Of a DNA stretch of 27,333 nucleotides, positions 13,394 to 24,369 are shown piece after piece. Every line of letters begins with the position of its first letter. Within the stretch, counting starts at the first letter, position 1. The notes beneath the pieces were generated by a model. It worked only from the letters and a program-made list of their open reading frames with translations. It was not told where the DNA came from and did no database searches. This stretch comes from Catajapyx aquilonaris (taxonomy: Eukaryota). The position numbers and the translations under genes are program-made. The DNA is taken from the NCBI GenBank assembly GCA_000934665.2, contig KZ538043.1, forward strand, positions 124,001-151,333, in the 5' to 3' direction.

Positions 13394-14061
13394 GGGGGGG
13401 GGGGGGGGGGGAATCTTCATCCAACCCTTTTTCTAGACTGGTGATTGTCTTGGGTGACATTGACTCTGTAACAATTGCGGGGCCTTCCCTCCCGTGCTGG
13501 GTTGTCCCCCCGCTCCCTTGAGCTGTCTGATGACAAACGTTTGGTTGGTGGTTGCTAAGGGGGTGACGTCGAGGGTACAGGTAGGCCAAAGGCGGCCTGG
13601 ACTCGGACCGGAATCGGTTTCAGGCGGTGTACGAGTGAGGGTTGTTGCGGAGTGGTCTCCACGATGTGACCTCCACATGGTGAGTTGATGTGAAGGTTGC
13701 TTGTTTGGGAGGTAGGGATTATGGGGTATATGCCTATGTTGTATGTTCAGGTGTTAATTATTTCGGCACGTTCAAACGAAACGTGGGGGTTCGACACCTT
13801 CTTGAAACTACTGTGATATTCTCCTGGGATGAATATGTCAGTATCTCATTTCCTAAAATATGAAAGTGGAATATGTCAAATTTACTCATATCCCCTTACT
13901 TCCAATTTCATATCAATTCGACAGTCTGCTAACAAGGCAATTTCTTCGTGCAATTTGACACAAAATCTTCGTGTCACTGTAATCAGTGTAATGGATCAGG
14001 TTTCCTCTATATTCAGTGTTTGTTATAGGCACGCGCGTTTTACAAATATGTTAAAAAATTG

Positions 14062-14169
14062 GGGTGGAATTTTTGTCTCACTGAGAGTTACTGCTAACTT
14101 AGCAGTACCATTGCCAACACTGGTACTGCTAAGTTAGCGGTAACTATCAGTGGGACGAAAATTCCACCC
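14062..14169. repeat. Inverted repeat / fold-back, 49-bp arms and 10-nt loop (MITE-like or hairpin RNA)
   Basis: Arm 14062-14110 pairs with 14121-14169 with 45/49 Watson-Crick pairs, 3 T:G and 1 G:A. Each arm holds an internal palindrome (TACTGCTAA-C-TTAGCAGTA at 14089-14107). Confidence 0.92.
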
Positions 14170-14890
14170 TTGAAGATCGGTGTTTTCCCGTTCATTGAAA
14201 AGTGGAGAGTCAGAAGTTGTGCAATGATTTTGCCACAAATCACTCTCAAAGGTTACCCATTATTTACACATTGCTAAATATTTATGCCTTACAGTAAAAA
14301 CAGGGGCCTTTGAATTAATTTTGAATAAATGGTTAAATATTCAGTATTAGGTAACAGGCTAATGGTGATGTCTAAAATAATTACTATATTCTTCTATATT
14401 GCTTTTGCAGTATCACTGAATATGTAATGACATTATGAAATTATTTAGAAAATATCAATAGACCTTATGCGGAATTTCCTCCCGGAAAAGCCGCATAAAA
14501 TAATAATCCCGGAAAATGAATGGCTATAAGAATATTATTGTTATAATGTGGATACTTTCGAAGTGGTGTGAGTTTTCATTCTACTTTAATAAAAAGGAAC
14601 GATGAGTAATTTTCTTATATCTTTTACATCAGGAGAATCCTGCATCAGTAAGTTTTAATCGATCTATTTTTTCACAATTTTTGGCAGTATCTGACAGTCC
14701 CTTCTGCGAATATACTTTTAGGTATTTTGATATACAATATTGTCACAGAATATGAGGTAAAACAAGCAAATCCTTCATTACCACTGCAGGGAATTTCAAC
14801 TTGTAAAATGTGTGTCCAGAATTCAATATCTGATGCTGATATCCACGTTGATCATGCAAAATACCATACAGCAGCCCGGAAATTCGTTGA

Positions 14891-14953
14891 CGTATATTAT
14901 ATTAATATAGTAACAGTTTAAGTTAAACTGTTACTATATTAATATCATATACG
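14891..14953. repeat. 63-bp AT-rich near-perfect palindrome (31-bp arms, 1-nt centre)
   Basis: CGTATATTATATTAATATAGTAACAGTTTAA-G-TTAAACTGTTACTATATTAATATCATATACG; 30/31 positions pair. Confidence 0.93.
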
Positions 14954-16955
14954 CCTACTGAAGCCCTTCAATCGAGAATATCTTTCCACACACGCTCCCG
15001 AATACTGGGCGATAGTACTTATCTAAATACTTTCAATTAGGTGTAACTGATAAGCATCATTATTTTACAGCCTGCCGCCCAATGTATTTTTGTCACTTGC
15101 GCACATGATTTATCAAATGCTAAAGTAATGATGGGTCATAGGCGCATACCTTTCCGAATTTTTGCTGGCGTACTTCAGATCCGTCACATTAAATATCCCA
15201 AATCTAATGCTATATTTACCTAACCGGATACTTTATAAAACGGCCCGTTATATCGTCAGTTTTGAAATTGCGGCACTTTCCTAATGCCACTCACAGATTT
15301 TCAAATAATACACTGGCAATATCCCTGGCATTGTCCCCATCACGACCTTAGTGCCATTGAGAGCTCCTTTTTGGTCAAAAGCAGCAGCAGGCTTCAATGC
15401 AGCAGGCCTATTACCCCCAATGATTTATTCACTTGCTAATGCCGTCTCCGCCGCTTCGATTTGCATTTCAGACCCACGACGACGGGTAAGCGGCCATCTT
15501 CCCTTCAGTTCTAATCTCATGGGCATTCAAAGTCCAAACAGTAATCAGGGTTCGATGGTCCTCTAATTTGACTCCCACCTTGATTAAGACCCCGCAGCAG
15601 GAACCAAAAAGTTTGAGGGGGTTTTTAGTTGTAGGGTGTTTCCATTCATGCCCATACAATCCATTCACCTTGTTGACTCCTCAACCTGCAAGTTGTGGGA
15701 GTGGGGCTGGAAATAAGGGTGCTAAATAACTCTTCTTGGCACGCACATGCAGTTCAATTCGATTTCTTTTTTTCTCTTTTTATTCCTTACTTGACGGACA
15801 AGGAAACGGGGGTTTCTTATCACGGGAGACTCGAGGATGATCTTGACGGCGGTTCAAACAGATAGTTGTAGTTCATGGCGGAAGGTAAATAGGACTATCT
15901 GGGGCCTGGGGCGGTGCATACGTGATGAGGAGATATTTTGTTTGCTTTATTGAAGGTCGGGTATTCTTTTTTATCAGGGTCAGGTTGACTGTCGGGGATT
16001 ACCGGTTGGTGCGGAACTAAGTGTGTGATGTAAAGTACTGTAATATGAAGTGTAATCGGTTTTTACTGAATAGGAATAATCATCAAGGGAGTGAAAATGA
16101 CGCGTCAAAAATGAATCAGATTCGGGTGGGTCAACTCAAATTAAGAAAATAGAACCGGCTCAAATATTGTGAATAACATTCCTGTACATATGTTAATCAG
16201 AAATTTGCCAAAATTTTAGTTCATACAACTTTAAGCGGGCTTACAAATGCTCCCATGTCCAACTGAAGATATGTGGAAACACTCGTTTGTAGTAGCGACG
16301 CAGTTCACACGAATTTCTACACTTATTTATAGTCAATATGCGTTGGCCCACCTTTTCTTGCAAAATATCATTCGAAATAAATTGACAGCCGAAAACACAG
16401 GGTTGTCACATAACTGTTGTGAAGTCACATTTTGGAAAGATAGGACTCACGATCATGTCATATTGCTCCAGACACGATATCTAGGAGATCTTAATAACAC
16501 AGCAAGTCTCAAGCATTGTACAATCTGTACTTTTTAGAAGGACGATTCATAGTTGTGTAACAATCTCTGAGTCCACCGTCATGGGCAGCCTATCGATTTG
16601 GGAAGAACCGGAACGATCGAGACCAATTTTCGAGCCGATCTTCCATCGACCAGACCCACCCTTGGTAAAAAAAAGAGAGGATCACAAAAAAATAGGAAAA
16701 GGAGAAAATGGGACGGATAATGTCTTTCTCTCAGAGTGACGTTGAAGTTCTCTGATGGCGATTGACATTTCCCCCCTCTTATCATTGGAGGCTCTTAAGG
16801 CCTGCTGCCTGTGCACATATGCCTCAGGATAAGAATCATCCACATGTCCAGAAATGCCTCGGACGATTGACCAGGCCCCTTGTTTGCTTTGTGCAGAAGG
16901 GACAGAAAGGGCCATAAAAAATAACTGGCTAGCAAGCATGGCAGAAGGATGAGGA

Positions 16956-16981
16956 GGGGGTGGGGGGTGGGGGGTGGGGGG
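16956..16981 (+). other. G5-T-G6-T-G6-T-G6 tract, potential G-quadruplex
   Basis: Four G-runs of 5-6 nt separated by single T. Confidence 0.65.
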
Positions 16982-17375
16982 TATAAAGGGCAAAGCACGA
17001 AGAGCACGTGATGTGTGTGAATTAGTCATATCTTCCTGTGGTTAAATGGACGGATCTTCACCGTTTCATCCCCTCCTTTGCAAATGAGGAGGTTGCTCAT
17101 TGTGTGTCGGACGTCGGGAGGCTTCATTATTAATGACCGCGAGTGTTTGCACGGTACATAGTCCCTAGAGACCAAAGCTTTATTCGCCCCCCTCTACTAT
17201 CCATGTATATACTAGCAAAGGAGCCGTACGAAACGCCCTTCACTGTAAGCCTTAGTGGTCGTGTACGGTAGACTGGAGTGGAAAGTAGCAACGATAGAAC
17301 GCATGGTCTACAAACAGTACTCACAGCCTAACTTCTCAAAACAAAGGGCATGTGCTAAATATTTCAAAAGGGCAT

Positions 17376-17479
17376 TTCTTTTGTACCGCACTGTACTCAC
17401 CGATTTGATTGGTGGAGCAGAGGATGGGGGACGTCTGGTCCACCAATCAGATCGGTGGGTACAGTGCGGTACAAAAGAA
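17376..17479. repeat. Inverted repeat / fold-back, 46-bp arms and 12-nt loop (MITE-like or hairpin RNA)
   Basis: Arm 17376-17421 pairs with 17434-17479 with 43/46 Watson-Crick pairs, 2 T:G and 1 G:G. Confidence 0.92.
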
Positions 17480-20320
17480 GCATCCGGTGTAGAGTGGAGT
17501 GGATGGAGAAGTTATGCTGTGATCTCTGTATAGCTCAGCGCGTGAAAGATTGTAAACATCGGGCCTGTCTGTAGGAGGGAAGCACATGATAGTGAGCCCG
17601 CATGGAAAAAGGGTGAGATTTAGATATTTTCTGCACTGTGCAGTCTACGCGGCTGTCACCATAAATAAAAGGGCACATTTCCCTGGTCGTGCCCACCCAC
17701 TCTGAAAAGAACCCCCGATTGTCTGTACATATATCACGTGAATCTAGAGGCCAAAGGATGTTTGCCGTATAGATGGGACCCGAGGCCCACTCTAATCTAG
17801 CAAAATATTAGCCTGAGAAATGGCGCATGCCGACTGATAGAAGGGCTAGCGTTTCGTCCCCCGCTTTTACATATGCATAAGGCGAGAGTGGGGTGGGGAG
17901 CATAGCCACTAATTTGGGTTCCAGGGGAAATTACTTCACTTGAAACTTACATTAGGAGGTGCTCTTTTATTCAGATGGTGACTGCTTCCCAAATGGCACA
18001 TCGCTGGGCTATCTTTACAGGCATGTGGGCTCGTCGGCTTTGGGCGCGAATAAGCCCCTCGTGCTGACCAAATGCATCGATGGTTGAATTTTTTATGTGG
18101 CCCCAACCGGAATTTGCGGACCGTTTAATCTGAGGTCGTTGTTGTGGTAGGTTGGTTGCCCCCGATCGTTTTCTAGAAGAAGGTACACCCACGTATATTT
18201 CTCACCGGACTGTCCCCTTATATGCTATAGGTGTTACGCATGCTTCTATTGTAGCTGTGGCAGAAGCTTTAAAAATGAGACTAATAATCGAAATGTATGG
18301 TAAAAAAGGGGGGCTTCATCAGCCAGATCCAGATGATCCTAGACACGATACGGATCTGGTCTGACATTGCTGGGACACACATTATATTGAGATGGCTCCA
18401 GTCCAAGATATGTCTTTTGCGCAATTTAGAGCCCCCCCCCCTCCCTCCCTCCGAGCTATCGGAGGAAGGGGGCGGAAAAAATAAGAGAATGGGGCATTCG
18501 ATTTTGGGGGTATGTCCCACAGGGATGGTCCCAGTACACGTGACGGTCCTGATGAAACAACCTGACCTTCTTGGAACCAACTTTTGAGAATGGAGGGCAA
18601 CACAGAATGAAACCAATCGATTGTTTTTTTTGACTCAATTTAGCAAACATATGCCTTTTTATTATTTTTGAAGAGTGTGTGTGTGTTGTGGCGTGCTGAG
18701 CACAATTTTATGGCCGTTAATTCCTGAGGGGGAGAACCTTTTTGGAACCGAAGCCCAGAGGTGGGGAGGGCCCCGATACAGTTTGCACACTATTACATAT
18801 TCAGACCTTAATCTGTACTTTTTTTTCCGGACCAACTAAGGCGTGGTTATGATTAGAAGCCATCGAGGGAAGCCTGCCACGTTGGGCACAAAATTAGAGA
18901 GGATGCAATGTCTAATTTCTCGATAGGCCTATTACACGCGACGTTGATGCTTTCCCCCCCTCTCATAAGATTATTTACCAACACTTATTGCATCATAAAT
19001 TTCTATGAAAGAAGCTCCTCCGAGCACGCAGTAGCGTGAGGCCCATTTCTAGGCGATCCCACAATTCGATACGATTTTCTTCCATTGTAACTCCCCCCTC
19101 AAAGTCTCCCCCCCCCCCCCACACATTCGGGATGGTCTGCGATGATATCTACTAATCGAGTTATATTCCAAGAACTCGCTACAGGTAGTGACCGTCCAAA
19201 AAAGAAGAGAAAGAGGAGCTTATTGTCGCAGCAGGGAATTGGCCAGAGCACGTGTGAATAATTCGTGACCTCTCTCTGTCAACAGTCGAATGGGGGTCGT
19301 AACTTATTCCAGGGGAGTGACAAAAAAGCGGTGAAGATGCGTCATGCTTTTGTGCACGCGTACACCACACTGCTTTGTCGTTAAACTCGTTTTTTTATTG
19401 CGGCACGACATGTCCTGTGGGTGGGCAATGAGTTATCCTGAACTGGCGCAACCATCAATACATGGGCTGGAATATGGCTATTAATTAGCCGCAGTATTAG
19501 AGCGTACTATAATGACAAAATGTGTGTCAAGACGCTACTTATACACGTAATCAGTCTTAGACTGTCACAATGGGCAATAAGGCAGGTTGTGGTGTCAGTA
19601 CTATTCTAAGACTGGTATTACACTGATTACAGCCTTTTCAGGGCAATGTGTGTTCACAAACTTGCGAGAAGACAATTCCCATTAGGTCGTTGACTTTTCG
19701 TCTAAATTAAGAAATATGTCGTAATCGCTCAAGCGTTTGAATTAATACGTACAGTACATTTACGCTAACACAGAGTGTAGTACAGTTTGGTTGAAAAATG
19801 CATCGTGCACATTGTTAATTCTGGCCTTCTGAATTATTGCACATGTCCTGTAATACACTAACGTAAGGAACTGTTCACCTTTTTTTACAACAATGTAGCA
19901 TTCAATTAATACGGTATTTGAAACGTACGCGTACTCGTATTATACTGTAGTAATATTCGATTTCGTCTTATAAACGTGTATATTTTTGGTACAGGCAACT
20001 TCCAAATTTCCTTCAAAAAGAAGTGTTTGTTATAATTCAGTTCATGCTTGTATACTAATTAATAATTAATAATTTAATTACAATGCTGATTTTTGCTCGC
20101 ACTATTCAAATAAGCTTGAAATTAATTTCATTGCCAATACATGTGCGCTACACAATAGCACTTTCCAGCCACCTTCAGAAATTTCAAAACTCGGACAAAC
20201 TCGCACTGTAACCCATTATTGTTGTCAAACTCGGTACGCTCTTTCCGCCCAATCGATCGAATTCACCTTGAGTATTTCCGTCTTAAACCCTTCCGCACTC
20301 CAACAATGCCCCCCCCCCCC

Positions 20321-20463
20321 NNNNNNNNNNNNNNNNNNNNNNNNNNNNNNNNNNNNNNNNNNNNNNNNNNNNNNNNNNNNNNNNNNNNNNNNNNNNNNNN
20401 NNNNNNNNNNNNNNNNNNNNNNNNNNNNNNNNNNNNNNNNNNNNNNNNNNNNNNNNNNNNNNN
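20321..20463. other. Assembly gap (143 N)
   Basis: Run of N directly flanked by a C-run on the left and a G-run on the right. Confidence 0.98.
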
Positions 20464-21539
20464 GGGGGGGGGGGGGAGTGGTTGTTATTTTCCACCCGTG
20501 GCAGCAGCTAATAAATGGAGCGTCGTTGAAGCGCCTTCTTTGGGCGTCATAAAAGACCCATCACGGGTCTCAGTGTGGTCAGCCACGACAGGTACGCGCT
20601 TCCCTGTGCTTGAAGGGGGAGCCCATTGTGACCCCTTCCCAGCACAGACATCGATTTCAATCGGTCGGCACCTTTTCATGACCCCGAGGGTTTGACTCTT
20701 GATCGCGAGACACAAAGGAGGGGAGGATGATACGTACGATGAGGGTCACACGACCACACCAATAGACTCCCCAGAAGCAGCAGGGCCAAATAGATAACTC
20801 GAAATCGATAGTGTCAGGCTGAGGATGGTGTCTTCGTGGAAAAGGAGAGTCACCTGTTGGGGTTCAGGAAGCCCCCGCTGATGGATTTCTAGGACGATTC
20901 AGGGTTTATGGCTTTATGCAGGAGGATCTTGCCACTGACAGACGGATTTGGCTTGGGTTCACACGGGCCACTGTCGTTGGGGGCTTGGTCCATTAATATG
21001 TCACATTGATTTGATGTCCAGTCATGTCACGGTCCATCAGATGCTGACATCAACCATCACATGGAAAATACCTTTTTGTTCTTGCTGTTGATGTCATTAG
21101 GGCTCAAAAAGCGAAACCTTACCCTTAATTAAATACTCACTAATTTAAACACCCCATACTCATTTGAGGAAAGCGTCTTTCGTCCTGTAGGTTAGAGCAC
21201 ACCATGTAACTCACGAGATAGCTTATTAGAGAATCGCTACTAAAATTAACTCCAAAAAGTACTGCTAGCATGTATTTACTAGACGGTCTTTAGAAAACCA
21301 ATCCACATTTTGCTTATAAGACGGACGAAGACTCCGCTTTTACTGCAGTTGCGTGATTTACATTAGTTAGAATTTTATTGAAATTTTTTTGCCATGATGC
21401 GTTTGCGTGCAGTAAAGATGAACGTTGTGCTGGTTTAGATTTTTATCTTGATTCTAGGGGGGGGTATTTCGCTAAATTATTAATTCGCTAATAGACAAAA
21501 TTGACTAGACTTGTCGTATGGAATTAATTTCAATTAAAG

Positions 21540-21742
21540 TTATCCTGATTCTCCAGGGCAACCCTTGCGCCTCTCTTGTCCAGGGGGAGGTCCAACTTCC
21601 AGGATGAATCCTTAGTGACAAGATTGAACTGAAACTGAATGCGGATGGTCCACAAATTAAGTTTAATCACAATTATCCCGGCTTTCAAGGGCAATACTTG
21701 CGTCTTTCCTGTACGTTGGGAGATCTAACTTTCAGGATGAAT
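21540..21742. repeat. Degenerate two-copy tandem duplication, period 133 bp
   Basis: 21555-21609 and 21688-21742 align without gaps at 43/55 identity (AGGGCAA..CTTGCG...CAGGATGAAT). Weaker similarity extends on both sides. Confidence 0.8.
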
Positions 21743-22235
21743 ATGCAAAAACGACTGAATTGTGTAGCCGGTGGTCTTTTATTTACTGTAAATCAAGGTT
21801 TAATGTTATTTTTATATACTATACGTATTAATTTTTAATGGCATTATGAAATTATCGCACGCTTTTGAATTTGCTTCTTGCCAAATACTGGAACCACATC
21901 GGAAAAGCAGCAGGACTATCGATAAGTTATTTAGAATTTCAGTGACAATTGAGATTTTTCGGGTTGAAACTCTTTCAAAATTTTCTTATGACTTAATGTA
22001 GTCAATGCTTGTATTGCCTAACTGAGAGTGTGACTCTGATCGTCCTGAACTTGAGATCTTCCGATGATCTAGATGCCCAATCATCGATTATTATAAAGAG
22101 ATTCTGTAATAACGTGCTTGAATAATGCACGATGGGTCTAATATGTCGGCCGAATAGCTGGTCTAATTTCCCAAGTGTAGTAGTCCCGTTGAATTTGATG
22201 TATGAACTGACCCGAGTAATTTCTGTCTCCTTTAG

Positions 22236-24369
22236 GCTGGACGAGCACCTGGTGAGCTGCCACCGCTACCAGCCGGACCAGTACAAGTGCGACTACTGCA
22301 CCAAGGCGTTCTGTTGGCGCCCCAACCTCCTGAAGCACAAGACCGTCCACGGGGAGTACCGCAAGTACCCGTGCGAGAACTGCGACAAGGTCTTCACCGA
22401 CCCGAGCAACCTCCAGCGGCACATCCGCTCTCACCACATCGGGGCCCGGTCCCACGCCTGCCCCGAGTGCGGAAAGACGTTCGCCACCAGCAGCGGCCTG
22501 AAGCAGCACACGCACATCCACTCCAGCGTCAAGCCCTTCCAGTGCGAGGTCTGCTTCAAAGCCTACACCCAGTTCTCCAACCTGTGTCGCCACAAGCGGA
22601 TGCATGCCGACTGTCGCATGCAGATTAAGTGCCACAAGTGCGGGCAGGCATTCAGCACTGTCACCTCCCTGTCCAAGCACAAGAGGTTCTGCGACACCAC
22701 TCCTGGCCCACCCCCGCCGCAGCACCCACTGCCCCACCAGTCCCTGGTGACAGACAAGGTGGTGACGCCCGCCTCGGCTGCAGCAGCCGCAGCGGCAGCC
22801 GCTGCTGCAGCCGTCTCGCAGATGAACCTCCCACAGCATGGAAACCCGCTCATGCTCTACCAACGAGCCGGGTTCCCATTCTACCCAGCCTCCCTCATGA
22901 ACCCGTACCCATTATTCCCAGGGGCGGGAATACCCTCCGCAGCGGCCGGACCTGCCGCTGCGGCCTTCCTCAACAACTCGCTCCTGTTCGCCAAGCCAGA
23001 GATGCCTCACGGCTCGCTGTTCCCCACCGACAGGAGGAGGGAGGAAGACCTGGCTGACCTTCCCAAAGGTCGGACCAGTCCACCACCTGCAATGTCGCCG
23101 GTCAACGGGAACAACAACAACAACAACAACAACAACTCGAAAGCGGAGGACCTGAGCGTTGCTGTGCCCCGTCACGTCCAGCAACCTGCACCGACGTCCA
23201 GGCCTGACTCACCCACGTCGTCTTCGGGCAAGTCCAGCAACAGCAACACGAAGGAGAGCGAGCAACCTCTGGACCTTCGAGTGGAGCGACGTAAGGACGA
23301 AGTATCTCCCGTGTCTGTGACCAGCACGGGCGATCGTACCCCTGAGGAGAAGACCTCTGCATTCGAGCCGCCTAAGCCGGAAGAGCCGCCCCGGCCTCAG
23401 ACGCCCCCGCCCCAGAAGGAGCCGCCGCCGCATCTAGCGGCGGCCCTGGACATGGTCAACGGACCAGGGGCCAGCAGCCCACCCGGGGTGACCAAGTTCC
23501 CAATGGTGTACCCCAGACCTATACATCCCATGTTCCTGGAAGCCATGTACCGGATGGAGCGTCCTGGCCCGTCCCCAGCGGCGTTCCCAGGGGCGGCCGG
23601 ATTCCCGCCCGGGGCACACCCGCCCTTTGCCCCTAGAGGATTCCCGTTCCTGACCCCTCTGATGAACGGGCAGACCACCCGAGCCCTGGACCTGATGAGG
23701 TCCCAGCTGCCACCATTCGGCAAGCCGTACCAGGAGGTCCTGACGCCCCACCTGAACAAGATGAAGGACCGGTACTCGTGCAAGTTCTGCGGGAAGGTGT
23801 TTCCTCGGTCGGCCAACCTGACCCGACACCTCCGCACCCACACGGGGGAGCAGCCCTACAAGTGCAAGTACTGCGAGCGGTCCTTCAGCATCTCATCCAA
23901 CCTGCAGCGACACGTCCGGAACATACACAACAAGGAGAAGCCCTTCAAGTGTCCGCTCTGCGACCGGTGCTTCGGACAGCAGACCAACCTGGACAGACAC
24001 CTGAAGAAGCACGAGGCGGACGAAGGAGGACACACCCTCGCCGACAGCCCCTCCAGCAGCAATGGTTGCAACGAGCGAGAGGACGCCTACTTCGATGAGA
24101 TCCGAAGCTTCATTGGTAAAGTGACAGATCCGGACACCACCCCGACTAAGGGCAACCAGTCGGATCTGGATGACATGTCGGACCAGGCGGTCAATGGCGA
24201 CGTGGACGTCGAAGACGAGCAGCCTTCCAAAGCAGACGGCGACGTCGAAGGCGACGATTCGGTGTCATACAAAGTCAGGTTCCAGGCGAAGGATCCAGCG
24301 GAGAAGGGTCGCACTAGTCACCAGGAAGCACAACCCTCACCTCCTGAGTCCATGGAGGTGTCTAGCTAA
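22236..24369 (+). CDS. ham: Terminal coding exon: rest of N-terminal zinc-finger cluster (to 22692), Pro/Ala/Asn-rich middle with PLDLR (23266-23280), three C-terminal C2H2 fingers (23773-24012), acidic tail, stop TAA
   Basis: Acceptor ttctgtctcctttag ends at 22235. The fingers closely resemble EVI1/PRDM16/Hamlet fingers ([96 protein letters not shown]). The [13 protein letters not shown] motif lies at 24079-24117. Third codon positions are strongly G/C biased. Confidence 0.96.
22777..22812 (+). repeat. Coding poly-alanine tract (12 Ala, mixed GCN codons)
   Basis: Read directly from the translation, shortly after the N-terminal finger cluster. Confidence 0.9.
23110..23136 (+). repeat. Coding (AAC)9 microsatellite encoding poly-Asn
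   Basis: Nine uninterrupted in-frame AAC codons. Confidence 0.95.

Larger units (their letters stand above)
2002..24369 (+). other. ham: Gene span (5'-partial) of hamlet/PRDM3-16 family PR-domain zinc-finger transcription factor; join(2002..2130,2674..2797,11135..11237,22236..24369)
   Basis: Exons of 129+124+103+2134 = 2490 nt (829 aa + stop) join in frame across GT-AG introns of 543, 8337 and 10998 nt (phases 0, 1, 2). Domain order PR - 6 ZF - CtBP motif - 3 ZF - acidic matches Drosophila Hamlet and vertebrate MECOM/PRDM16. Confidence 0.92.

Noticed and set aside
14465..14498. Small GC-containing hairpin, possible Helitron 3' end
   Set aside because: No CTRR terminus follows, and the stem is short.
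13977..19632. 16-bp inverted match CTGTAATCAGTGTAAT (13977-13992 vs 19617-19632)
   Set aside because: One match of this length is plausible by chance in a window this size, and it does not extend.
22138..24314. Many antisense and alternative-frame ORFs overlapping the big exon
   Set aside because: Expected shadow ORFs of GC3-rich coding sequence; no recognisable domains.
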